Shown: one piece after another, positions 12,153-23,654 of the stretch
How the letters are laid out: each line of letters begins with the position of its first letter
How positions within the stretch are numbered: position 1 is the stretch's first letter
Assembly: GCA_030390025.1 (NCBI GenBank)
Contig: CM059433.1
Location: forward strand, 18,912,001 to 18,976,000
DNA: 64,000 bases
Direction of reading: 5' to 3'
From: Squalus acanthias
Taxonomy: Eukaryota
Notes under the pieces: model-generated
What the model was told of the DNA's origin: nothing
Seen by the model: the letters and a program-made list of their open reading frames with translations, nothing else
Database searches by the model: none
Program-made: the position numbers and the translations under genes

Positions 12153-14094
12153 CAACGGGAATGGTTGCATTGTGGTTTATGTTACTGGACGAGTAATCCA
12201 GAGGCCTGGACTAATGATCCAGAGATGCGAGTTCAAATTTACATTGTTAATTAAATAAATCTGGAATAAAAAGCTAGTATCAGTAATGGTGAACATGAAA
12301 CTAAATCGGATTGTCTAAAAACTCATCTGGTTCACTAATGTCCTTTAGGGAAGGAAATCTGCCATCCTTACCTGGTCTGGCCTATACGTGACTCCAGACC
12401 CATAGTAATGTGGCTGACTTAACTGCCCTCTGAAATGGCCAAGCAAGCCACTCAGTTGTAACAAACTGCTACAGGAAATAATAATAAAAACCGTACGGAA
12501 CACCCGGCATCGACCTAGGCACCGGATTTGGACACGACAAAGGCACACCCAGCCCAGTCGACCCTGCAGAGTCCTCCTCACCAACATCTGGGAACTTGTG
12601 ACAAAATTGGGAGAGCTGTCCCACAGACTTGTCAAGCAACAGCTTGACATACTCATACTCAGAATCATACCTTTCAGCCAACGTCCCAGACTCCTCCATC
12701 ACCATTCCTGGGTATGTCCTGTCCCACCAGAGGTGGCAGCACAGTGGTATAAGGTCGGGAGGGACTCCGGACCCCATGAAGTCTCATGGCTTCAGGTCAA
12801 GCTTAAGTAAGGAAACCTGCTGATTACCACCTACCGTCCTCCCTCAGCTGATGAATCAGTACTCCTCCATGTTGAACACCACTTGGAAGAAGCACTGAGG
12901 GTAGCATGGACACAGAATATACTCTGGGTGCGGGACTTCAATGTCCATCACCAAGAGTGGCGCGGTAGCACCACTACTGACTGAGCTGGCCGAGTCCTGA
13001 AGGGCATAGCTGCTAGACTGGGCCTGCGACAGGTGGCGAGAGAACCAACACGAGGGAAAAATGTACTCGAACTCGTCCTCACCAATCTACCTGTTGCAGA
13101 TGCATCTGTGCATGACAGTTTTGGTAGGAGTGACCACCACACAGTCCTTGTGGAGACGAAGTCCCGTCTTCACACTGAGGACACCCTCCATCGTGTTGTG
13201 TGGCACTACCACGGTGCTAAATGGAATAGAAACAGAACAGATCAAGCAGCTCAAAACTGGGCATCCATGAGGCGCTGTGGGCCATCAGCAGCAGCAGAAT
13301 TGTATTCCACCACAATCTGTAACCTCATGGCCCAGCATATCCCTCACTCTACCATTACCATCAAGTCAGGGGACCAAACCTGGTTCAATGAGGAGTGCAG
13401 AAGAGCATGCCAGGAGCAGCACATGGCGTACCTAAATATGAGGTGCCAACCTGCAACACAGGACTACATGCATGCTAAACAACGGAAGCAGCAGCCTATA
13501 GCCAGAGCTAAGTGATTCCACAATCAACGGATCAGATCAAAGCTCTGCAGTCCTGCCACATCCAGTCATGAATGGCGGTGGACAATTAAATAACTAACGG
13601 GAGGAGGAGGCTCCAAGAACATCCCCATCCTCAACGATGGCGGAGCCCAGCATGCGAGTGAAAAAGACAAGGCTGAAGCAATCGCAACCATCTTCAGCCA
13701 GAAGTGCCGAGTGGATGATCCATATCGGCCTCCTCCGGAGGTCCCCACCATCATAGAAGCCAGTATTCAGCCAATTTGATTCACTCCACGTGATGTCAAG
13801 AAATGGCTGAGGGCACTGGATACAGCAAAGGCTATGGGCCCCGACAACATCCCAGCTATCGTGCTGAAGACTTGTGCTCAGGACTTGCCACGCCTCCACC
13901 CAAGCTGTTCCAGTACAGCTACAACACTGGTATCGACCCGACAAATGTGGAAAACTGCCCAGATTTTTCCTGTCCACAAAAAGCACAAGAAGTCCAATCC
14001 GGCCAATTACCGCCCTATCAGTCTACTCTCAATAATCAGCAAAGTGATGGAAGGTGTCGTCAACAGTGCTAGTAAACGGCACTTACTCACCAAT

Positions 14095-14313
14095 GCGGAG
14101 ATGCCGGTGTTGGACTGGGGTGGACAAAAATGAGAAGTCGCACAACACCAGGTTATAGTCCAACAGATTTATTTAAAATTACAAGCTTTCGGAGCTGTCG
14201 CCCCTTCGTCAGGCAAAGGTACCTTTGCCTGACGAAGGGGCGACAGCTCCGAAAGCTTGTAATTTTAAATAAATCTGTTGGACTATAACCTGGTGTTGTG
14301 CGACTTCTCATTT
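14095..14313. mobile_element. Palindromic mini-element (Penelope-terminus derived) with 12-bp TSD
   Basis: TSD TTACTCACCAAT at 14083-14094 and 14314-14325; perfect spacer-less palindrome 14126-14315; the uninterrupted host site is visible in the second LINE copy near 63541-63570. Confidence 0.88.
14225..14262 (+). ncRNA. Minimal type I hammerhead ribozyme motif (mirror copy on - strand at 14179-14216)
   Basis: CTGACGA core at 14229-14235, stem II GGGGC-GACA-GCTCC, GAAA at 14251-14254, self-complementary AAGCTT helix III, short helix I TTGC/GTAA. Confidence 0.7.
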
Positions 14314-14810
14314 TTACTCACCAATAACCTACTCACTGATGCCCAGTTTGGGTTCCGCCAGGACTACTCAGCTCCCGACTTCATTACAGCCTTGGTCCAA
14401 AGATGGACAAAAGAGCTGAATTCCAGAGGCGAGGTGAGCGTCACTGCCCTTGTCATCAAGGCAGCATTTGACCAAGTGTGGCATCAAGGAACCCTAGTAA
14501 AATTGAAGTCAATGGGAATCAGGGGGTAAACTCTCCACTGGCAGGAGTCAAACCTAGCACAAAGGAAGATGGTTGTGGTTGTTGGAGGCCAATCATCTCA
14601 GCCCAGGACATCGCTGCAGACATCGCTGCAGGAGTTCCTCAGGGCAGTGTCCTAGGCCCAACCATCTTCAGCTGCTTCATCAATGACCTTCCCTTCATCA
14701 TAAGGTCAGAAGTGGGGATGTTCACTGATGATTGCACAGTGTTCAGTTCCATTCACAACTCCTCAGATAATGAAGCAGTCCATGTCCGTATGCAGCAAGA
14801 CCTGGACAAC

Positions 14811-15799
14811 AGGCTAAGTAAGTGGGCAGAGATTTGGCAGATGGAATACAACACTGGAAAGTGTGAGGTGATGCACTTTGGCAGGAAAAATCCTAGAGCA
14901 ATTTATTATCTTAATGGCAAGAAACTGGAGAGTACTGAAGTGCAAAGGGATCTGGGGGTCCTGGTGCACGAAACTCAAAAGGTTAGTATGCAGGTGCAGC
15001 AAGTGATTAAGAAGGCAAATGGAATGTTGGCTTTCATTGCTAGGGGGATAGAATATAAAAATAGGGAGGTATTGCTTCAGTTGTACAAGGTATTGGTGAG
15101 ACCGCACCTGGAATACTGCATACAGTTTTGGTGTCCTTACTTAAGGAAAGACATCCTTGCTCTCGAGGCAGTGCAAAAAAGGTTCACTCGGTTAATCCCG
15201 GGGATGAGGGGGTGGTCATATGAGGAGAGGTTGGGTAGATTGGGACTCTACTCATTGGAGTTCAGAAGAATGAGAGGCGATCTTATTGAAACATATAAGA
15301 TTGTGAAGGGGTTGGATCGGGTGGATGCGGGGAGGATGTTCCCGATGACGGGTGAGACTAGAACTAGGGGACATAGTCTTAGAATAAGGGGCTGCTCTTT
15401 CAAAACTGAGATGAGGAGGAACTACTTCACTCAGAGGGTGGTAGGTCCATGGAATATGCTGCCACAAAAAGCTGTAGAAGCTACATCATTAAATAAATTT
15501 AAAACAGAAATAGACAGTTTCCTAGAAGTAAAGGGCATTAAGGGTTACGGGGAGCGGGCAGGAATTTGGACATGAGTCTAGGTTCGGATCGGTCATGGCC
15601 CTGTGGGTAGTGGAGCGGGCCCAGGGACCGTGTAGCCTGATTCTGCTCCTATTTCGTGTGTGCAATTCTGTTAGATGCAGGAGATGGTTCTGTGATAGTA
15701 GATTGGCGGTTAGGATCAGATCAGCCATGATCTTATTGAATGGCGGAGCAGGCTCGAGGGGCCGATTGGCCTACTCCTGCTCCTATTTCTTATGTTCTT
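14811..15799 (+). mobile_element. Young 5'-truncated CR1 inserted into the host LINE RT
   Basis: Open frame RLSKWAEIWQMEYN...GIKGYGERAGIWT*, CR1 3' UTR and TTCTTATG tail; host resumes with IQAWADKWQVTF. Confidence 0.92.
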
Positions 15800-16629
15800 A
15801 TTCAGGCTTGGGCTGATAAATGGCAGGTAACATTCGCGCCACACAAGTGCCAGGCAATGACTATCTTCAACAAGCGAGAGTCTAACCACCTCCCCATGAC
15901 ATTCAACGGCATTACCATCGCCGAATTCCCCCACCATCAACACCCTGGGGGTCACCACTGACCAGAAACTTAACTGGACCAGCCACATAAATACTGTAGC
16001 AACAAGAGCAGGTCAGAGGCTGTGTATTCTGCGGCGAGTGTCTCACCTCCTGACTCCCCAAAGCCTTTCCACCATCTACAAGGTACAAGTCAGGAGTGTG
16101 ATGGAATACTCTCCACTTGCCTGGATGACTGCAGCTCCAAGAAGCTCGACACCATCCAGGACAATGCAACCCGCTTGATTGGCACCCCATCCACCACCTT
16201 AAACATTCACTCCCTCCACTAGCGGCGCGCCGTGGCTGTAGTGTGTACCATTTACAAGATGCACGGCTACCACTCGGCATGTCTTTTCAGCAGCACCTCC
16301 CAAACCCATGACCTCTACCACCTAGAAAGACAAGGGCAGCAGGTGCATGGGAACACCACCACCTCCAAATTCCCCTCCAAGTTACACACCATCCCTGACT
16401 TGGAAATATATCGGCGTTCCTTCATCGTCGCTGTGTCAAAATCCAGGATGTCCCTCCCTAACAGCACTGTGGGAGTACCTTCACCACACGGACTGCAGCA
16501 GTTCAAGAAGGTAGCTCACTACCACCTTCTCAAGGGCAATTCGGGCAATTGGGGATGGGCAATAAATGCTGGCTTTGCCAGTGACGCCCACATCCGATGA
16601 ACGAATAAAAAAATCCAGGAAATTATAGA

Positions 16630-18151
16630 ATAGCAAAATACTGCGGATGCTGGAAATCTGAAATAACAGAAAATGCTGGAAACACTCAGCAGGTCAGGCA
16701 GCATCCGTGGAGAGAAACAGAGTTAAAGTTTCAGGTCTGTGACCCTTTGTCAGAACTGGAAAAAGTTAGAGAAGTAACAGATTTTAAGCAGGTGCAGAGG
16801 CAGGGAAAGGGGGAAGAGGAGGAAAGAACAAAAGGGACGGTCTGTGATAGGGTGGAAGGCAGGAGTGGTTAAATGTTGCAAATGGGGATGGCAGAATCAT
16901 CAACAGCTGCCACCTGAAAAAATAGGGGCAGAGGTTATGGTCCGAAATTGTTGAACTCAATGTTAAGTCCAGAAGGCTGTAAAGTGCCTAATAGAAAGAT
17001 AAGGTGCTGTTCCTCAAGCTTACGTTGAGCTTCATTGGAACAGTGCAAGAAGCCGAGGACAGAGAGGTCAGAGTGGGAGTGGAGCGGAGAATTAAAGTGA
17101 CAGGCGACCGGAAGCTCGGGGTCACCCTTACGGACTGAACGGAGGTGTTCCGCAAAGCGGTCACCCAATCTGCGTTTGGTCTCCCCAATGTAGAGGAGAC
17201 CGCATCGTGAGCAGCGAATACAGTATACTAAATTGCAAGAAGTACAAGTAAATCGCTGTTTCACCTGGAAGGAGTGTTTGGGGTCCTGGACAATGGGAAG
17301 GGAAGAGGGAAAAGGGCAGGTGTTGCATCTCCTGCGTTTACACAGGAAGGTACCATAGGGAGGGGAGGGGATGTTGGGGGTGATTGAGGAGTGGACCAGG
17401 GTGTTGCGGAGGGAGCGGTCCCTTCGGAATGCTGAAAGGGGAGGGGAAGATGTGTTTGGTGGTGGGATTACGCTGGAGGTGGCGGAAGATGATCCGTTGA
17501 ATGAGAAGGCTGGTGGGGTGAAAGGTGAGGACAAGGGGAACCCTATCATGGTTCTGAGAGGGAGGGGAAGGGGCGAGAGCAGAAGTGCGGGAAATGAAAC
17601 AGACATGGTCGAGGGCCATGTCAACCACGGTAGAGGGGAATTCTCGGCTGAGGAAAATGGAAGACATATTGAAAGCACTAGTATGCAAGGTGGCATCGTC
17701 AACAGATGCAGCGGAGACAGAGAAACTGGGAGAATGGAGAGAGTCCTTACAGGAGCGGGTTGGGAGGAAGTGTAGTCCAGGTAGCTGTGGGCTCGAGGAG
17801 CAGCACCTCATCTTTCTATTAGGCACTTCACAGCCTTCTGGACTCAACATTGAGTTCAACGATTTCAGACCATAACCTCTGCCCCTATTTTTTCCAGGTG
17901 GCAGCTGTTGATGATTCTGTCATCCCTATTTGCAACATTTAACTACTCCTGCTTTCCACCCTATCACAGCCCATCCCTTTTGTTCTTTCCTCCCCTCCCC
18001 CCTTTCCCTGCCTCTGCACCTGCTTAAAACCTGTTACATCTCTAACTTTTTCTAGTGCTCACGAAGGGTCACTGACCTGAAACGTTAACACTGTTTCTCT
18101 CTCCACGGATGCTGTTTGACCGGCTGAGTGTTTCCAGAATTTTCTGTTGTT
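16630..18151 (-). mobile_element. Penelope-like element 3' part (GIY-YIG endonuclease) with inverted pseudo-LTR and 18-bp TSD
   Basis: ORF 16935-17702 (-) contains CxxxRCxTC and NLVYCIRCSRCGLLYIGETKRRLGDRFAEH...GLNIEF. 17791-18151 is an inverted copy of the 3' end. AATCCAGGAAATTATAGA is duplicated at 16612-16629 and 18152-18169. Confidence 0.92.
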
Positions 18152-20495
18152 AATCCAGGAAATTATAGACCGGTTAGCTTAACATCTGTTGTTGAGAAAT
18201 TACTAGAGTCTATAATTAAGGATGTTGTAACTGAACAGCTTAAATTTTCAGCTGATCAGAGAGAGCCAGCATGGATTTGTAAAGGGTCGGTTATGCCTGA
18301 TGAACCTAATTGAATTTTTTGAAGAGGTGACTAAAGTAGTGAACAGGGGAATTACATAGGATATACGGCACAGAAACAGGCCATTCGGCCCAACCAGTCC
18401 ATGCCGGCGTTTATGCTCCACTCGAGCCTCCTCCAGTCTTTCCTCATCTAAATCTATCAGCATAACCCTCTATTCCCTTCTCACTCATATGCTTGTCCAG
18501 CCTCCCATTAAATGCATCCGTACTATTCACTTCAACCACTCCCTGTGGTAGCGAGTTCCACATTCTCACCACTCTTTGGGTAAAGAAGTTTCTTCCGAAT
18601 TCCCTATTGGACCTCTCGGTGACTATCTTATATTGATGGCCTCTAGTTATGATCTTCCCTACAAGTGGAAATATTCTCTCTGTATCCACTCTATCAAAAT
18701 CTTTCATAATTTTTAAAGACCTCTATTAGGTCACCCCTCAGCCTTCTTTTTTCCAAGAGAAAAGAGACCCAGCCTGTTCATCCTTTCCTTATATGTATCA
18801 GGGCCTGATAATCTACATCCTAGGGTACTTAAGGAAGTGGCCCTAGAAATAGTAGATGCATTGCTGGTCATCTTTCAAAATTCTATAGACTCTGGAACAG
18901 TTTCCATGGATTGGAGGGTAGCTAATGTAACCCCACTATTTAAAAAAAGGTGGAAGAGAAAAGACAGGGAATTATAGACCGGTAAGCCTGACATCGGTAG
19001 TGGGGAAAATGCTAGAGTCCATTATAAAAGATGTAATAGCAGAGCACTTGGAAAACAGTGACAGGATCGGACAAAGTCAACATGGATTTACAAAAGGTAA
19101 ATCATGCTTGACTAATCTACTGGAATTTTTTGAGGATGTAACTGGTAGAATAGATAAGGGAGAACCAGTGGATGTGGTGTATTTGGACTTTCAGAAGGCT
19201 TTCGATAAGGTCCCGCATAAGAGATTAGTGTGCAAAGTTAAAGCACATGGGATTGGGGGTAAGGTACTGATTTGGATAGAGAACTGGTTGGCAGACAAGA
19301 AGCAAAGAGTTGGAATAAACGGGTCTTTTTCCGAGTGGCAGGCAGTGACTAGTGGGGTACCGCAGGGATCGGTCCTTGGACCCCAGCTATTCACAATATA
19401 TATTAATGATCTAGACAAGGGAACTAGATGTAATATCTCTAAGTTTGCAGATGACACAAAGCTGGGTGGGCGTGTGTGCTGTGAGGAGGATGCAGAGAAA
19501 CTCCAGTATGATTTGGACAGGTTGGGTGATTGGGCAGATGCAGTATAATGTGGATAAATGCGAGGTTATTCACTTTGGTAGCAAAAACAGGAAGAAAGAT
19601 TATCTGAATGGCAATAGATTGGGAAAAGGGGAAGTGCAACGAGATCTGGGAGTCCTTGTGCACCAGTCGCTGAAGGTAAGCATGCAGGTGCAGCAGGCGG
19701 TTAAGAAGGCAATGGTATGTTGGCCTTCATAGCGAGAGGATTCGAGTACAGGAGCAAGGATGTCTTGCTGCAGTTGTACAGGGCCTTGGTGAGACCACAC
19801 CTTGAGTATTGTGTGCAGTTTTGGTCGCCTTATCTGAGGAAGGATGTTCTTGCCATGGAGTGAGTGCAGCGACGATTTACCAGACTGATACCTGGGATGG
19901 CAGGAATGACGTATGAAGAGAGATTGGGTCGATTAGGCTTATATTCGCTAGAGTTTAGAAGAATGAGAGGGGATCTCATTGAAACTTATAAAATTCTAAC
20001 AGGACTAGACAGACTAGATGCAGGAAGGATGTTCCCGATGGCGGGGGAGTCCAGAACCAGAGGTCATAGTCTAAGGGTAAGGGGTAAGCCATTTAGGACT
20101 GAGATGAGGAGGAATTTCTTCACCCAGAGAGTGGTGAACCTGTGGAATTCTCTACCACAGAAGGCAGTTGAGGCCAATTCATTAAATATATTCAAGAAGG
20201 AGTTAGATATATTTCTTAAGGCTAAAGGGATATGGGGAGAAAGCAGGGACAGGGTACTGAATTTGGATGATCAGCCATGATCTCATTAAATGGCGGAGCA
20301 GGCTCGAGGGGCCGAATGGCCTACACCTGGTCCTATCTTCTATGCCTCTATACCCTCACATTTCTGGTATCATCCTTGTAAATCTTCTCTGCACCCTCTC
20401 TAGTGCCTCCATATCCTTTTTATAATAAAGCGACCAGAATGGTACGCAGTACTCTAAGTGTGGTCCAATCAAGGTTCGATACAGGTTTGTGATTT
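18152..20495. mobile_element. Nested CR1 cluster: + fragment 18152-18350, - CR1 18352-18798/20351-20495, + CR1 18801-20350
   Basis: ORFs 19000-19548 ([28 protein letters not shown]) and 19864-20280; minus ORFs 18444-18707 and 20356-20550 are consecutive parts of one antisense CR1. Confidence 0.9.
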
Positions 20496-20640
20496 CCTTA
20501 ATGCTTTCCACACCGGTTCCATCCTTCACCAGCTGTAGTCTATTTTCCACTGAGTCTTAATCCCCTATCACCCAGGCCCCTCTAACATCCATTGGTTCCC
20601 ATCTTCTAAAGCACTGAATTCAAATTCCTCGTTTATTAAA

Positions 20641-20755
20641 CAAAAGCAAGATACTGCAGATGTTGGAAATCTGAAATAAAAACAGAAAATTCTGGAAACA
20701 CTCAGGTCAGGCAGCATCTGTGGAGAGAGAAAGATTTAACGTTTTGCGTCACTGA
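20641..20755 (-). mobile_element. Penelope 3'-terminal fragment within L2 remnant
   Basis: Matches the termini at 16630-16740 and 27721-27840 (GCAA-ATACTGC-GATG-TGGAAATCTGAAATAAAAACAGAAAAT). Confidence 0.75.
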
Positions 20756-22039
20756 CTTAATTTTATTTCTTGTTTATTAATCCATCCACGACTTTGGCCC
20801 TCCCTACGTCTGCAATCTCCTGCAAGTTTATGTGCCAGTGCACGTTCACTGCTCTTCTAATTCTTGCTTCCCTTGCATTCCCCCCACCCCGCCACCACCC
20901 CTCTGTTCTACTTTAGGCGGCAAGCATCCAGTCATCTTGGCCTTTTTTCTTTGCAATACTCACTCTCTCCCATCGAGAACAGCTATTTCATGAATCTTCA
21001 GTCATCTACCAATGCTTTTTGTCTGCTTGTCCTACTGTAGACAGTTTTGGGACATTTTACTACGTTAAAGGCACTATATTGAATGTAAGTAGTAGTTATT
21101 GCAAATCACATTTGCAGTCAATATGCAATATACACCCGCTTTGACAATTGTTTATAGCTAAAACTGTTCAGGCAATATTGGAGCATTTCCTGTTCAACAA
21201 GAATTCTTTTCATTCTTTGCAATCAAACATTGTGCACCTTTGAACTCCAAGCATGCTAAAAGGTTCTTCCTCCTATGGAACAACAGGATGTTTTGCGATT
21301 GTCTATCTCATTATGAAATTGTGTCTGCAATTCAGGAAGAATGGATAATCAGGCAAAATATGCAGATCAAAAGTTGCTTTCCCATAAGTTGTTAATAAAA
21401 CAGGACCAAAATACCTTTAAATCATCAACACATTAAAGAAAGGAAACCTTGATGCATGTAATTAGTAATGGTTATGAGTCACTATACTGTACTCTTTTTC
21501 ATATCCACAGTATGGTAAACACACTTGGAGCCAATAATCTTTTGCCCATTATGGCTCTTTGCCTTCAAAGCTTCATTTTGCAAATCTTTACAAAATTGCA
21601 CTCATTTTCAATTAAAACTTAAATTAATAAAAGAGTGCCACAATAGCGGTGTAAACTTAGCAGCCATTGTGGTAGCGAGTCTACCAGATCAGGAAGCTCC
21701 CAGGTTCAATCCCAGGTCTGTGATAAGGTAGCTGATTGCAGCAGGGACAAGGGTAGCGCACCACAATTAGCTTCAGTGCGACAGGGCTAAGGAGGTAAAT
21801 AAAATCAAAGGACTCCTGATCATTATCCAAAAACTACAGTTAGGCAATGCATATACAGGCACTGAGCAAGGACAGATGTGATAATCTTGCTCCCTCTTTC
21901 TGTCTGGGCTGCTGGTATTATGTCTAGCTTCACATATGAAAAGTGGTCACTTGGATGAGGCACTCAAAGGCTATTAGTGCCTGTACAAATGTATCCCAGC
22001 ATGAGTTGGTGCCTTCAGTAGAGGAGAGAAGTAAGGGAC

Positions 22040-22345
22040 TGGGTACCACAGTGGGTTAGGCAATGGCCTTTCTACAATGTGAGCTCAAATCCAGCCTAGA
22101 CTGGCGAGGTAAAACTCTCCTCTGGGTGCGAGCTTCTGATGAGTTTAGGAAATCTCTACCCAGATTCCAGTGGGTGGTATTAAGTGGTAATCTCACTCAA
22201 AGGGCTAATTGCGGGAGAAATTGATCAATTACACTGGTGCTGAGGTTGGTGTAAAGATACTCGATTGCTGGCTGTACTGTGCCTGGGAGTGTTTGATGTT
22301 GACATTGGATAATTAATAGGGGGAGAAAATGCCCAACTCCCAAGC
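22040..22345 (+). mobile_element. LF-SINE-like ancient SINE; further copies at ~38295-38745 and ~41090-41420
   Basis: Shared AATCCAGCC(C/T)AGAC, ATGAGTTT-GG, AGTTCCTA-TGG, ACACTGGTGC and GCTGAGG motifs among the three copies; similarity to LF-SINE from recall. Confidence 0.55.
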
Positions 22346-23654
22346 ACCGACATTCTTTAGAATTTAAAACAGATGCTGGAAATACATTTGTGTTTGAAAA
22401 AAGAAACGTTGGTGCCTTGAGTGTGACCCTTCATCAGAATTGATCAGAATCACCTTAACAGAAAGAGGCGCACATATGCAGTTGTTTTGAGGAGTCTGCA
22501 ACCAGAGAGGCAGACTAGCAAACATTCCAGAGGCTAACAAGAGGTTAAAGAGATGTTTTGTGAAATCTGAAATACCTTCTGTTATGGGAACAAATAGTTA
22601 CATGGAAAAATATATCCTCGAAGTCCAGTGCGTCAACGATATGAAATTAAGTGACTGTACGTTATACAAATTTTTGCAAGTGTAAGAGACTCATAAATCA
22701 TGAGGAGCACAGACAGAAGAGGGTTATGACAGGCTTTTTTTTTAAACAGGGAAAGAACTCATAAGGTATCCGTGGTTCAATATTCTTTTGTATGATTATA
22801 TTTTACAAGTTTTATAGTGTAGGCCAATAACTGATAACTCCTCTCGATCACCACATTTTAAGGCTGCAGTATTATCACTGGCACCCATATAAAATGCTTT
22901 TTCTTTTGAAAAAAAAACACAACACATTACCACAGAATTTTGTTTCCTCATTTTTAAATGCTTTCCCATGATATGCTGACCCAAGGGCAATCAATTTACC
23001 CAAAAATGGTCAATGACTTGACCAGCTGAAGTGCACAAAGTCTGAAACTCCGATTTTAAATGTGCCTGTTAAAAAAAAACCCATAGTTATTCAAAAACAA
23101 ACCCCGCATGTCAAGGTCCAGATCTTGGTTTATAAGTAAACATGAAAGGTCGTGCACCACCCAACAAACACTTGAGTGTTTTCAATTCTCAGAACACTGT
23201 AGATCATTGCTCCATAAATAAGTATTGTACAAATATTAAAAGCAACTGTTTTGCACAAATTTTTCATTACCAATACACTCAAGTATGTAAATTAATTGAC
23301 AGCAGCGTGGCTTACTGAACAGACACCTATAAAAATTTAGATTAAAAAATGAAAGTGCTTCAGCTACATTTGAAAACTGTGGTAGTGTGCTCAATGCACC
23401 AATATACAACTTCAGACACTGCAATATAGTTTAATAGTTTCAATGGCTGGATTGAAAAGTTGAAAGACAGTTAAAATATAATTTATAGGAAATTTCACGG
23501 TACAGGTTGCTTCTGAAGAATGCATCTAACAAGAGTCCCCAGTGAAGCTATTACACCACCACTGGGCTCAGAACCCCTTTGGGTTAACATATCATGGAAA
23601 AGCATTTAAAAATTAGGAAACAAAATTCTGTGGCAATAAGGTTCTTCTGAGTCC

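Larger units (their letters stand above)
12157..16613 (+). mobile_element. Near full-length CR1/L2-group LINE with tRNA-like 5' head (APE + RT), interrupted by two insertions
   Basis: APE motifs (DFNVHH, PTRGKNVLELVLTN, GRSDH) and RT motifs ([33 protein letters not shown]); A-rich end at 16605-16613. Second copy at 61878-63853. Confidence 0.9.

Noticed and set aside
14126..14315. Palindrome as a sequencing or assembly fold-back artefact
   Set aside because: It is bounded by a 12-bp TSD, has a 31-bp asymmetric extension, and the host LINE continues correctly on both sides. Still worth confirming with reads.
14478..15575. 365-aa ORF as an intact cellular gene
   Set aside because: N-terminus is an out-of-frame LINE sequence; the rest is a chimera of two LINE RT fragments.
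22365..22440. Hammerhead motif (CTGATGAAGGGTCAC on -)
   Set aside because: GAAA and stem II partner are missing; decayed Penelope terminus.
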